This document shows positions 38,538 to 51,976 of a stretch of 64,000 nt of DNA, piece after piece. Numbering within the stretch: position 1 is the stretch's first letter; every line of letters starts with the position of its first letter. The notes beneath the pieces are model-generated. The model was not told the DNA's origin and did not search any database. It saw only the letters and a list, made by a program, of their open reading frames with translations. Position numbers and translations under genes: made by a program. The stretch is from Octopus bimaculoides (lineage: Eukaryota). The DNA is taken from the NCBI RefSeq assembly GCF_001194135.2, contig NC_068998.1, forward strand, positions 13,071,133-13,135,132. The letters are read 5' to 3'.

Positions 38538-40837
38538 CGAAGTCTGATCAATAAGTATCCGGATTGTTGCCATAGTAACGAGGCTAAAGTACGCTGAGTG
38601 AGGACACTCAGCAAAGATTGACTTTGACTCTGCTGTGCATGTGCATTAAGGTTTAGCATTCTAGCTCACTTCCACTGCTTGCAGCAGTGCTTGGAAGGAA
38701 GGTGTGTAGCATTTGATCATCACATTGACCAAGACAGAGAAAATTGTCATGGTAATACCTGCTCAGAGGCCTGTGCAAAGTTGCAGAAAGTGTATGGACT
38801 GGAGTGTATGAGCTNNNNNNNNNNTATATATATATATATATATATATATGTATGCATATTTATATAATTATATATGTGCATTAATATTTTCTCATATTGA
38901 TATATTTTGCACGTGTTTGTGCATGAGTGTGCTAACTTTGTGTGTGTGTGTGCATATGCTTCCAACTAATTCTATCCTATTTATTTTAGAATATTGGTTT
39001 GCCAAACAAAACAATATTGAGTTTGCATATTTATTTAGTATTTATATATTTCTAACATCAACTGTGTAAAAGACACACATGCATGTACTAACAGTTACAG
39101 GCATAGATGTGTGGTTAAGAATTCAGTTTTAAAGTATGTGATTTGGCATTCAGGGTCTCAGTGCTAAGTGGGGGTAGGAGGTCTTTAGAAGTGTTCATGG
39201 AAGACAGTCAAGTACTTCCTGTGCTGGTGTAGGAGATAGGAACTTCCGGTACTGGTTGGTGGTGGGGGTGGGGGCGGGTGCATCAAGCCTACTGCTGCAA
39301 GGGAATTCTGTGGAGTGTGGGAATTGGGTGCGCATGCTAGTATTTGTAGACCTAGTGGACAATCGAGAGACGGGGAAAAGAGAGATCTAGAGGGACNNNN
39401 NNNNNNNNNNNNNNNNNNNNNNNNNNNNNNNNNNNNNNNNNNNNNNNNNNNNNNNNNNNNNNNNNNNNNNNNNNNNNNNNNNNNNNNNNNNNNNNNNNNN
39501 NNNNNNNNNNNNNNNNNNNNNNNNNNNNNNNNNNNNNNNNNNNNNNNNNNNNNNNNNNNNNNNNNNNNNNNNNNNNNNNNNNNNNNNNNNNNNNNNNNNN
39601 NNNNNNNNNNNNNNNNNNNNNNNNNNNNNNNNNNNNNNNNNNNNNNNNNNNNNNNNNNNNNNNNNNNNNNNNNNNNNNNNNNNNNNNNNNNNNNNNNNNN
39701 NNNNNNNNNNNNNNNNNNNNNNNNNNNNNNNNNNNNNNNNNNNNNNNNNNNNNNNNNNNNNNNNNNNNNNNNNNNNNNNNNNNNNNNNNNNNNNNNNNNN
39801 NNNNNNNNNNNNNNNNNNNNNNNNNNNNNNNNNNNNNNNNNNNNNNNNNNNNNNNNNNNNNNNNNNNNNNNNNNNNNNNNNNNNNNNNNNNNNNNNNNNN
39901 NNNNNNNNNNNNNNNNNNNNNNNNNNNNNNNNNNNNNNNNNNNNNNNNNNNNNNNNNNNNNNNNNNNNNNNNNNNNNNNNNNNNNNNNNNNNNNNNNNNN
40001 NNNNNNNNNNNNNNNNNNNNNNNNNNNNNNNNNNNNNNNNNNNNNNNNNNNNNNNNNNNNNNNNNNNNNNNNNNNNNNNNNNNNNNNNNNNNNNNNNNNN
40101 NNNNNNNNNNNNNNNNNNNNNNATCATCACATTGACCAAGACAGAGAAAATTGTCATGGTAATACCTGCTCAGAGGCCTGTGCAAAGTTGCAGAAAGTGT
40201 ATGGACTGGAGTGTATGAGCTGCTCACAAGTGTACAAATGGTTAAGATGTTTTGAAGATGGCTGAAAAAAATGTTGATATTGACGAATGTTCTAGGAAAC
40301 CCACAACCAGCAGAACTGAGAAAAACATTGCAGATGTGTATGCAGCTGTGAGGAGAAATCAATGAATCACCATCTGTGAATTATCAGAGGATGTGCAAAT
40401 TAGTTCTGGTTCAGTTCAGTCCATTATCACTGAAGATTTGGGTATAAGACGCATGTCTGCCAAGTTTGTGTTAAAACTGTTTTCAGCTGACCAAAAAGAC
40501 ACTTGGATTTCAGCTGCACAAGATATCCTTGATTGTGTTGAGAATGATGAAAACATTTTGAAAGCTTTGCGTATGCCTCCGAGCAGGTATTGGTAAACTT
40601 TTGGCAAAATTTGATGCAGATTCTCTGCTCAACTTTCTCTGTCATGATCACTGTAATGATCACACACTACACACATTCCTTCCAAGCACTGCTGTAAACA
40701 GTGCAAGTGAGCTAGAACATTAAAACTTAGTGCACATGCACAGCAGAGTATAAGGCAAATCTGTACCAAGTGGTTTTACTCTGCGTGCTTTAGCTTCATC
40801 TATGGCAACAGTCCGGATACTTATTGATCAAACCACG
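38538..40837 (+). mobile_element. Mariner element, deleted foldback form; about 0.9 kb once the assembly error is removed
   Basis: TA-CGAAGTCTGATCAATAAGTATCCGGA..TCCGGATACTTATTGATCAAACCACG-TA. Transposase N-terminus VYKWLRCFEDG..ITEDLGIRRMSAKFVLK at 40123-40564; inverted arm at 40565-40837. Confidence 0.9.
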
Positions 40838-40839
40838 TA

Positions 40840-40875
<36 letters not shown>

Positions 40876-40880
<5 letters not shown>

Positions 40881-41020
40881 TCATCATCATCATCGTTTAA
40901 CGTCCGCTTTCCATGCTAGCATGGGTTGAACGATTTGATTGAGGACTGGTGAACCAGATGGCTACACCAGGCTCCAATCTGATTTGGCAGAGTTTCTACA
41001 GCTGGATGCCCGTCCTAACG

Positions 41021-41023
<3 letters not shown>
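40876..41023 (-). mobile_element. SINE family D 3' part
   Basis: catcatcgtttaacgtccgctttccatgctagcatggg tail. Confidence 0.8.
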
Positions 41024-41079
<56 letters not shown>

Positions 41080-41556
41080 ATGTATGACAGGCTCCCATTT
41101 AGATCTTGCCTAACAAATTCCCGCAACCTGAAGCTAGGATCGAAAACACTTAGACAAATTTGGTGCCATGCAGTGGAACCAAACTAGAAATCATATTATT
41201 GTGAAACCAATATCTTAATCATACAGCCATGCCTGGGCTAATACTAGAAACATGTAATCACACAGGGTAGTAGTCAAATAATCTCACGAAACTTCCATTA
41301 GAATCTTACTTAGAATTCATTGTTCCAATATTATTGTGATGGTTTAAACACAATAGAGGAATAATGAAGTTTAACCATCACAAATTGTTCTGTTTTGCTT
41401 TTATTTGTTTATCTTGATCATATTATGTATGTTTACAAACCGATCATTAATCTTCAATGGACAAATTATTAACCCATTAGATTCCATTTTTAGGACCACT
41501 CTACACCAAGTTTAAACATTTTAAGATGTAATTGTCTTAAAAGTATACATATATAT

Positions 41557-41617
<61 letters not shown>

Positions 41618-42384
41618 CATATATGTATGTATATATGTATCTACATGTATATACACAGACATACATATATACATATATATATTTATATATATGTATATAC
41701 ACACACGCACATGTGTGTGCATGTGTATTTAGACATGTACAACTAAATTGATATTATAATTTAAACATGCAAATATATATTTTAAAAAGGTTAATGTATT
41801 TCAAATTGCTGTGTATATTTCAAATTGATAAATATAATTTGAATGAATAAATATTGTTTTAAATAAACAAATATATTTCAAATAGATTATAATGTAGAGG
41901 ATGGAGCTGAAAGCTGAGAGGTATTCAAAGAGTTAATGGACTAATGGGTTTAGGAATGCTGATAAGCCAAATGGAACATAACAGACTTATAAAGAAATAA
42001 GACAAATGTGAGATAAAAAAAATTAAATTCAAACATTGTTATGACATTAATAGGACAGAAATTTATATGATTACACACACATACATGTATATGTGCATAT
42101 ATTCAAATGTTGTTTTATATCAGATGCATGAGGGAATAGAGAGAATGTGTTTGTTTTTTTTTAAATTTTTTTTTTTTATCCATACTGAAATTGAGGATTT
42201 TGCTCACAACTCAAGTTTCATGCCAAAGTTTAAAATGGCATGAAACTTAGGTCAGAAGGAAAACTCTCAGTTTCAGTTTCAATGAAGACAATATATATAT
42301 ATAGTTGTGTGTGTGTGTGTCTGTGTCTGTGTGTGCATGTGTATATTTTTATATATACATATACTCACATATATATGTGTACTT

Positions 42385-42430
<46 letters not shown>

Positions 42431-42984
42431 GTATATATATATATATATATATGTATAGGTATATTGTATACATATAATAATAACAACCCACAAATCACAT
42501 GCTTCTTGAGATCACACTCCATATTCCTAGGATGATTACAGTCATGCCTGCACCTATATTATATATGTTATATATATGTATAGCATATAGATATGTGTGT
42601 GTGTGTGTGTGTGTGTGTGCGTGCGTATCTATACATATTAATAAGAACAGAGAAAATATGTCAGAAGATATCAGTATATTTTCTTTATTTATATAAAGTC
42701 TGGATTTACTTAAAGAAATAGTAGAATGCTGCTGCACAAAACACAAAATTAGCAGAGATTTACCATTCCCTTGCGAAAACCAAACTTTTTATACGTCTCT
42801 AGACAAATAATGAAACAAAAGATACTTCCATCTTCTGACTTGTTTTTTTGTATCATTATTTATTTTTCTTGCTGTACACTTCCAAGAAGTATTATATAAG
42901 TATATAAGTACACATACATATATGCATGTGTGTGTGCTTGTGCGTGTGTGTGTGTGAGTGTATGTATGTTTGTGTATGTATGTT

Positions 42985-43023
<39 letters not shown>

Positions 43024-43428
43024 AAAAAAAGTCGTCAGAATTTGGGAATAACTTCTTTCATTTATTTTATACATATANNNNNNNNNNNNNNNNNNNNNNN
43101 NNNNNNNNNNNNNNNNNNNNNNNNNNNNNNNNNNNNNNNNNNNNNNNNNNNNNNNNNNNNNNNNNNNNNNNNNNNNNNNNNNNNNNNNNNNNNNNNNNNN
43201 NNNNNNNNNNNNNNNNNNNNNNNNNNNNNNNNNNNNNNNNNNNNNNNNNNNNNNNNNNNNNNNNNNNNNNNNNNNNNNNNNNNNNNNNNNNNNNNNNNNN
43301 NNNNNNNNNNNNNNNNNNNNNNNNNNNNNNNNNNNNNNNNNNNNNNNNNNNNNNNNNNNNNNNNNNNNNNNNNNNNNNNNNNNNNNNNNNNNNNNNNNNN
43401 NNNNNNNNNNNNNNNNNNNNNNNNNNNN

Positions 43429-44656
43429 GTCCCAAAAGTCACTGGTCACTATCATCATCATCCAGTGTTTTAAATCCAGGTTTTGTTCCTGTTAACAGGG
43501 GTGGTTGAATCTACCTCAATACCATAGCAACCAAAGTAGTCAGGTGCAACCCACCCCAACCTTTGGGCTGGCTGGTGCTCATTCTCCTTTGCTATCATGA
43601 GGTTATTTTGAAGCTGGATTTTCTACGGGGAGCATGCCCTTGCTTACCCCCAACATCAGTTTCTAGACATGAGTGGTCCCGAGACCAAGGCCTCTGCTAT
43701 GATTTTTAAGAAATGTGGTAGAAAACTAGCTCAGGAAGGCAGGGGCACTACTCCTTGAGACTCCTTTTGGAGTCCCCTTACCTAAACTGATGGGTTTCGA
43801 TTTTTAATAACTTCATCAACTTTACAAGCAAATGCATGAAATTTTGATAGAATACAAAGAACATAATGGAAATTAATATGCACAAGTCAAATTTTGCAAT
43901 ATCACTACATCATGTATGAAAAATTACATCACTTAAATGGCAGCCATTTTTGGCTTCACACGGCTGTGCACTTTCCAAAACTTGCCCCATAACACCCTCA
44001 AGAATTTCAGACCCCACTTCTCGAATTTCTCTATTGATGTTCTCCTTCAGTTGCACCAGGTTCTCCAGTTTGTTGACATAAACCCTGTCTTTCAGGTATC
44101 ACTACAAGAAAAAATCCTTGCTATTGAAGTCTGGGGAACATCAAGGCCAGTTGACATTGCCATAGTGGGAGATTAATCTCTCTCCAAAGCACTGTCGTAG
44201 CAACTGCCTTGTGTCTCTTGTGGTATGAGCAGTTGCCCCATATTGCTGGAACCATGTGTGAGGTCTACTTTGAATGGTTTTCATGTTCCCCAGAATTGAC
44301 AAGCCCGAATTTTTTCTTGTGGGGATGCCTGAAAGAGAGAATTTACATCAACCGGAGACCTTGGTGCAACTGAAAGAGAAAATCAATAGGGAAAGCAGAG
44401 AAGTGGGGGGTCTGAAACTCTTGAGGGTGTTATGGTGTAAGTTTTGGAAAGAGCACGGGCTTGCAAAGCCGAAAATGGCTGCCATTTAAGTGATGTAATT
44501 TTTCATATGTGATGTAGTGGTGTTGCATAATTTGACAAGTGCATATTAATTTCCATTTTGTCCTTTATATTGTATCAAAATTTCATGCATTTATTTGTAA
44601 AGTTAAGGGAGTTATTAAAAACTGAAATCCATTAGTGACTTTTGGGACACCCTGTA
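43429..44656. mobile_element. Tc1-superfamily foldback made of two transposase 3' ends
   Basis: Terminal (tacagggt)gtcccaaaagtcact and agtgacttttgggacaccctg-TA. Both arms encode a SPD..FFLWG.LK.R.Y..LVQLKE.I-type C-terminus on opposite strands. Confidence 0.9.
43444..43787 (-). mobile_element. Retro-type insertion with a (GAT)n tail inside the left arm of the Tc1 foldback
   Basis: Interrupts the arm between gtcact and gatggg; the catcatcatc end marks a minus-strand tail. Confidence 0.55.
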
Positions 44657-44754
44657 CATACACACACACATGAGTAAGCACATAAATGCAAAAACAAAGT
44701 GGAAAAAGATAGTGCATGAATACTAAAGGTAGAATAATATGCTTTTATTAAAGC

Positions 44755-45480
44755 ATATTACCCACAGGTAATATCCCATACTGCCTAGCCAGAAAAATTT
44801 GTTCCATTGTGGAAGATGTGAATACCAGAGAAAAATGCTTAACAGAACTCAAAGAATTGCTACCCAAACAAAAATACCCATCTCTACTTATAGTAAATGG
44901 TATACAGCATGCTATAGAAATACTCATACAACAACTTGGAGCAACCCCAAAAAGAGGAAAACAAGAACAGGTCATACTGTTTATAGTGACATGCAATTCA
45001 TGTCACCAAACTATCTTTAGTATTGTCAAAGTAACCTTGCCGATCATTGCTCAAAGTAATGAATTAAAGGATATAACCATGGATTGAGCTGTGTTTCTAA
45101 GTAAATGGCAGCTGAAAAACTTGAAACAATTATTAACAAAGGCAAAGTTTGATCCAAGCAACAACGACGAATTATTCATTGTATCTAAAGGCAACCATAA
45201 TCGATGTGGTACATGTCAGTTCATATGTACCAGTCAATATATGAACAGAAAAACCGGAAAAATATTTGCAAATGCAAATATGAACTGCAAAAGCAGAAAT
45301 TTAATTTACTGCATCAAATGCCAAAATTGGGAAGAGATGCACGTTGGTCAGACTGGGAAAGCATTATTGGAATGTTCACATGTGCACTGACAGCAAATTA
45401 GGGACCTCAACCATCTGGTAACGTGTGGTCCGAAAGTGTTTATAATATTCACATTCTACAAACTACACAACTCGAGTGAA
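44755..45480 (+). mobile_element. Penelope-like element 3' fragment (thumb plus GIY-YIG endonuclease)
   Basis: NIPYCLARKICSIVED..KQKYP, then CGTCQF..CKSRNLIYCIKCQNWEEMHVGQT (GIY-YIG with Cys motif). Confidence 0.9.
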
Positions 45481-46180
45481 GTCAAGAGAAAATATGTTTC
45501 TAAATCTATGTGTTTGGGGAAAGTGCTTATCCGCTAAACCAATTCTTGACTCTGCCCACATGAAAGGAAATATGTATTTAGATACCAGGGAACTGCATTG
45601 TAACGATAAACATTAGATATTCCACCATCAGTATTTCCTACCACCATAATGAGCATGGGAATAAAGGGAGCAGGGGTTGTGAGCATATCTAAATTTCTTT
45701 TTTTAGTGGTGGTAGGCTCAAAATACAAATTTGGCCCCCTACCTACTTTTCTGAGGTTTTAGAAAATAGGGCATAAAAAATGATCTACAAAAAGTGGCTT
45801 GAAGTTAGGTTTCTTCTCAAAGAACAAACGTAAATAAATTAAAACAATAAAACCTGCTTTGTAAAAAAGTTTGGACCTGGGTTTGCACTCCTGAAGCAAA
45901 TTTCGTTCTTGAGCCAGTGACCACCACAGTCTGAAGGTTCAGTCCAAAATTTTCTACATTTAATTTATTCTATACCAACACACACAGACATATCTGTATA
46001 CATGTACACATCCACATGCAATTTAAAAAATAGGGCACCCAACCCATTCACGTTTTCTGTCTCTCACCCATACATATCAAATACATCTGGCATCCAAGCT
46101 ATACTCTGCCCTACTATGAAGACAACCTGATCCTTGTGTGAAGAGTATAATTCAAGACAAATTTCTCTCTGAAATATATG

Positions 46181-46247
<67 letters not shown>

Positions 46248-46919
46248 ATTAATATATATGAGTTCCACCAATGCCAGCATGTAAAAAAGGACATTAAATG
46301 ATAAATGTGTGTGTGTGTGTGTGTGTGTGTGTGTCTATGTTTCCTTGTGTGTGAGTGTTTGTGTACTCCCTGAAAACACTTACTCAAGATTATACCTGAA
46401 AATTAGTATTAAGGTTACAAGAATTGTGGAGTTTAAAATGAAAAATAGACACATTTATGTGAGAGATCCAATATTTTACACCTCCACAAGATATCACCTT
46501 TTGTCCTGCATATATCACATAGCATCTATTTTACATGTTTCTCTTAGCAGAATCCTTTACTGTGCATAAATTGGTCAAACTCTGTGATATAACATGCAAT
46601 ATCTTTGTCAGTTTATATCTAACATTCCTCATAAGCTAACATCACATTTCAAGATGTTGCTGCAGTAAATATTTTCTAAAGACATATAGAGTGACATCTC
46701 TCGAGTATATATGTGAATATTTAGGAGATAGAAAAATCTAACAAGAAGTTTCTCTAAAGCTATTCTGTATTTGTTGTGTAATCGTTAAATTTTTGAACAA
46801 TCTCCATTTTAAAATAGTACAATTTGTATAAAACTAACAAAGCCAAAGGAATAGAGATCATTCTAGATGTACATATTTTTGGATATATCAATTTAACTGG
46901 TATTTTCTCTATCATAGAG

Positions 46920-47142
46920 TATGAGGGAGTGCTGAAGAGTTACTGGTTTTAAGGGTATTGCAAAGGGCCTAGTTGGAGGGCCAACCTCCCCGTGTTGTTT
47001 TAACAAGACTTAGAAAAAGTGAAGGACTGCGGCAATAAGTGTGTGAATCTGAGAGGGGAATATGTTGAATAAAATCATAATTAACTGATCCTCTAGTATT
47101 TTCTTTTACCAAAAGCCAGGAACTATTCAGTCCCCACTCATA
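46920..47142. mobile_element. Mariner-type MITE, same family as 11335, opposite orientation
   Basis: TA-tgagggagtgctgaagagttactgg..ccaggaactattcagtccccactca-TA. Confidence 0.85.
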
Positions 47143-47409
47143 GAGTTCAATATATGTAGTATAGTAAGTTAAACATTTCTGATTAACTGAGTTTATTCAT
47201 ACTATTAATAAGGATGAAAACTGCCTCTGTAAGAGGTTAATAATCTCAAAATAGCAAATGAGGGAGATGACTCTCATGACATCAACTAAATTTAATTATG
47301 CAAAGATTTTCAACTCACTTTATAACATATCTTGATTCCTACCATATTTGTATTTAGTATGAAGAACACTTTCTTGTAGTATTCCCCCCACCCCAACCCT
47401 ATTGTGGTG

Positions 47410-47620
47410 CCATGCTGGTGCCATGTAAAAAGCAAATAGTATGCTCTATAAAGTGGTTGGCATTGTGAAAGCATGCAATCTTAGAAACCATACTAAAAAA
47501 GACACTGGAGTCTGGTACAGCTCCCAACCCTGCAAGCTCCTGCCAAACTGTCCAACCCATGCCAACATGGAAAACGGACGTTGAATGATGATAATGATGA
47601 TGATGGTGATGATGATGATG
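47410..47620 (+). mobile_element. SINE family D
   Basis: catgtaaaaagca..cccatgccaacatggaaaacggacgttgaatgatgat. Confidence 0.75.
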
Positions 47621-47844
47621 AGGAGGAGGAGGAACATCTCTGCATCCCTCTTATTTCTGCATATATTGATCCCCTCAAAGTGTTGGCAAGTGAGCGAATT
47701 ATACTTTGCTGTGGAAGTCAAATAAGATTCAAATATGTCTGTAGCTTTTACTGGTTGTCTTTAAAAACAAGAACCGTTCCCATCTGAATTGTCATTTTTC
47801 AAAGAAAATATTTGGTGACCTGTTATTGTTATATATATATCTTT

Positions 47845-48237
47845 TGTCTTTTACTTGATTCAGTCATTGAATTATGGCCATGATGGAGCACTACCTTGAA
47901 AGCTTTATCAAATAAATCAATCCCACTACTTATTCTTATAAGCCTGACAGTTATTCTGTTTGTCTCTTTTGCCAGACTGCTTAGTCATGGAGATGTAAAC
48001 AAACCAACACTAGCTGTCAAGTAGTGGCAGAGGACAAACACAAACATGCACACACACACACACACACACACATGACAGGCTTTTTTCAGTTTCCATCTAA
48101 CATTTCCACTTACAAGAATTTGGTTGACTCTGGGGCTATAGTAGAAGACACTTGCCCAAGGTGCCATGCAGTGGGACTGAACCTGAAACCATGTATTTGG
48201 GGAGCAGCTATGATGGTGCTTCTGGCCATGCCTGCAC
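47845..48237 (-). mobile_element. SINE family B
   Basis: Reverse match to 23875-24280. Confidence 0.8.
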
Positions 48238-48529
48238 GTATTCTGTGTGTGTGTGTGTGTGTACACATATTGGTACACACACACACACATGCATGCACAC
48301 ACACGTCTGCATGCACGCGCACGGACACACACACAAACACATGATGAGTTTCTGTGCAGTTCCTTTAACCAATTTCCCTCTCAAGATATTGGACAAACTG
48401 AGGCTATAGCAGAAGACCCTTGTTGAAGATATCAGAGTAGGATTGAACCCAAAACCATGTAGTTGCTAAGTGAATAATCACTAATGCATACAGCCATGAT
48501 TTCACTTATTTAAATACTTAAAATAAAGT

Positions 48530-49870
48530 GAAATAAAAGAATAAACTATAAGATTGAAGAAATAGAAAATAATGCATCAAGAATTCCCAGAAATAATGAA
48601 AGATTATCAAAAAAAGATGTAAAGAAATAAACAGCAGTAAAAAAAATATAAATAATTAAACAAATAATAGTAATTATAAACATTTTTTAAAATGTTGATG
48701 ACTTTATGAGTAAAATAGATTGTTTGCTTCGAACTGAAACATTTTAGAGGAAGAACAAACAATACTAGAGATGAGATAGTGGCCCCAGTGGAGAAAGAAA
48801 TGAATGAGAGAGTTCTTGAAGAAAATATGATGAGATAAAGGAAGAAAGCAACAAAGAAGCCCCTTCGGAGTGAACAATAGAAAGAAACGAACAAAACAGG
48901 GAATAATGAAGAACTAAGAGACAATACTGTAACATAGTTTAGAAATGACTGTTGAAAAATATCGTAGGAAAAACATTTGTGGGAAGAGTAAAAAAGTAGG
49001 ATTGGAGAAAAGAACAGAAATTACCCAAGGACTTGTGATAATCAGTAACTGGAAGGGCTCCTCTTGTTTGTAAAAATACTAAAACTTTTCACTGAAACAC
49101 AACCACAAGTGTTCGTGAAATATTTGCCGGTCTTTTTAATATTGCTTTTGTTTTTGCCCCCTTTTTTTTTATGAAGAGATTTTTTTTTTTTTTTCCAAGA
49201 TGGAGGGACAACACTGAAATGGCAAACTAAAGGTGGAACTAAACCTAATAAATAAATCTGAGAACAGATGAGAACTTTCCAGAGTTGTTTATCAATTGCT
49301 TACAATAAAGAGAAAGAAAAAAAATATATTAAGGATTTTTGCTTAAACATTTTCTCATAAAGAAAATGCATACCTTAGAAACATGCTTTACCTTGATGAA
49401 AAAAAAAAAAGAACAAAATGTGCTTTTTGAAAAAGGGCCCTAAGGATCAAATAGTGATTGACAAAGCCATAATGAAAGATAGCAGAAATGAAGATAAAGC
49501 TATTAAACTAATAAAAAGAATAACAATTTAAACATGCTACAGATTGAATACAATGATATATTTTCCCCTACATTAAAAGAAGCTGAAAAAGACTGGCTAT
49601 CTCTAAAGTAGTGCAAGTTCCACATGCACACACTCACACACATGCACACACACACACACACTCACACATATATATATATACTCACATACATACATATTGA
49701 GGAATATCTAGATTACGAGTTTAGGTTTATACCTGTAATTATTGGAGCACTGGAATATGTAACACTGCCTAAATCTTGAGAAATTAGGCTTCTCAAAACC
49801 AGAAAGGAGAAAGCTGATTTGAAGACTACAACTCCAAGCCATAACAGAAACTGTAAAAATCTGTAAAGCT
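48530..49870 (+). mobile_element. R4/Dong-clade LINE relic (RT motif and RLE C-terminus)
   Basis: KGPKDQIVIDKAIMKDSRN..NLNMLQIEY near 49430-49550; FIPVIIGAL..LEKLG..LQLQAITETVKICK near 49700-49860. Confidence 0.7.
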
Positions 49871-50660
49871 TTCCAGAAGTTTATCATTTAGAATTATATA
49901 TGAGCATGTCTAGATATGCAACTAAATGCATGAGAATACATACATAAAACAAAACAAACAAATCTGCACGTATACATACATACAAAAATATTCTGTTGTT
50001 GATGTTGAAATTCCAATGAAGAAGTCTTGGATCTAGGTTAGGAACTCGCTATTGGTAAGAAATCTTGAAACAAAACTGAATAATGACATACATACATACA
50101 TGGAATTTAAATGAATGAAAGGAGTAAGCAATAGTTTGATGAGGAATCCACAAAACTACTGGTGAAAAATCTGTAGGCGATCGTCGCTGCTTGCTTCTTC
50201 AAGCATCAACAGATTTGGTAGAGACCCACAAAATCATCTCACATCTTTTCAACAACTTCGGCTAACTTTTTGAATTAATCCCTCTATCACTCATAGACAT
50301 ACTTATAAAATTTGAAAAAAGAAAATTAACAAAACAGCACAACATCCATGACTTTTGGAAACATTTTCCCATCTTCAAAATGTTAGAGCCTGGAGAAGGA
50401 ACTACCTACATCAGTTGCTAGCTGTCAACACATGATCTTCAAAAATTCCATGCTTCTCAAAACTGACATGCTTATTCATCCATTCCTCTTTTACTGTTCT
50501 ATTCTATGTCTATTAACATTTTATTCTGTGTATGCATTTTTGGTTTTCATTGCTGCCATTGTTTACTTGAATTAGTGCCAATTTCTGTCTCACTTAAAAA
50601 AATTTTTTTTTTACCAATTTTGACATGTAGTTCATCAAAGCAGCATATACAAGGAGCTTG

Positions 50661-50694
<34 letters not shown>

Positions 50695-51300
50695 CAAGGC
50701 AACATGCACGGGAATCATTAGCATGTTGGGCAAAATGCTTAGTGGCATTTCGTCTATCCAAACATTCTGAGGTCAACTTTGCCTTTCATCCTTTTAGGGG
50801 TTGATAAAATAAGTACTAGTTGAACGCTGGGGGTCCCCCAAAGTTGCANNNNNNNNNNNNNNNNNNNNNNNNNNNNNNNNNNNNNNNNNNNNNNNNNNNN
50901 NNNNNNNNNNNNNNNNNNNNNNNNNNNNNNNNNNNNNNNNNNNNNNNNNNNNNNNNNNNNNNNNNNNNNNNNNNNNNNNNNNNNNNNNNNNNNNNNNNNN
51001 NNNNNNNNNNNNNNNNNNNNNNNNNNNNNNNNNNNNNNNNNNNNNNNNNNNNNNNNNNNNNNNNNNNNNNNNNNNNNNNNNNNNNNNNNNNNNNNNNNNN
51101 NNNNNNNNNNNNNNNNNNNNNNNNNNNNNNNNNNNNNNNNNNNNNNNNNNNNNNNNNNNNNNNNNNNNNNNNNNNNNNNNNNNNNNNNNNNNNNNNNNNN
51201 NNNNNCAAACATTCTGAGGTCAACTTTGCCTTTCATCCTTTTAGGGGTTGATAAAATAAGTACTAGTTGAACGCTGGGGGTCCCCCAAAGTTGCAGCCCT
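50695..51300 (+). mobile_element. SINE family A split by a gap and duplicated across it
   Basis: 50759-50848 is identical to 51206-51295. Confidence 0.8.
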
Positions 51301-51319
51301 TATATGGCATATTTGAAAC

Positions 51320-51361
<42 letters not shown>

Positions 51362-51439
51362 TATTATTATTATTGCCATTATTATTATATGAAAACTCAC
51401 AGCTTATTTTGCTGGGTATGATGGAAAGTGTCAGCTGTC

Positions 51440-51717
51440 CACAGCCAGCAGACTAAGGGGACACTTGTTTACTGGTCATGCTTCAAGAATCTTGCGAAGA
51501 ACTCTTGCAATTCCAAGCAATGCTGATTTTTGTAAGTGTTCTACTTTCACACTTGCACCAATCTTTTTGATCCATGCTGATAGTTGAGTGCTGATACTTC
51601 CAAATGCACCGACTAATATTGGTATCAAGTCTACTTTCTTCATTGACCACAACCTTTGTATTTCCCACTTCAAATCGTAGTTGTTTATTTTTTCTCCTTC
51701 TTTCACATTGATCCTTG

Positions 51718-51720
<3 letters not shown>
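51440..51720 (-). mobile_element. R4/Dong-clade LINE 3' end (restriction-like endonuclease)
   Basis: EGEKINNYDLKWEIQRLWSMKKVDLIPILVGAFGSI..HLQKSALLGIARVLRKILEA*. Confidence 0.85.
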
Positions 51721-51760
<40 letters not shown>

Positions 51761-51762
<2 letters not shown>

Positions 51763-51976
51763 GGCAATGAACTGGCAGAGTCATTAGCATGCCGGATGAA
51801 ATGCTTAGCAATATTTTGTCTGTTTTTATGTTCTGAGTTCAAATTCTGCCGAGGTCGACTTTGCATTTCATCCTTTTGGGGGTCGACGAAATAAGTACCA
51901 GTTGAGCACTGGGATTGATGCAATAAACATACCCCCCTCACCCAAATTTTAGGCCTTGTGCCCATAGTAGAAAGGA
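51761..51976 (+). mobile_element. SINE family A
   Basis: Full match to family A; (ATT)n flanks. Confidence 0.85.

Noticed and set aside
352-43508. Numerous ORFs rich in YI, CV, HT or X
   Set aside because: These are translations of (TA)n, (TG)n and (CA)n microsatellites and N gaps.
50759-51295. 90-bp direct repeat flanking a gap
   Set aside because: Identical copies on both sides of an N gap indicate an assembly overlap.
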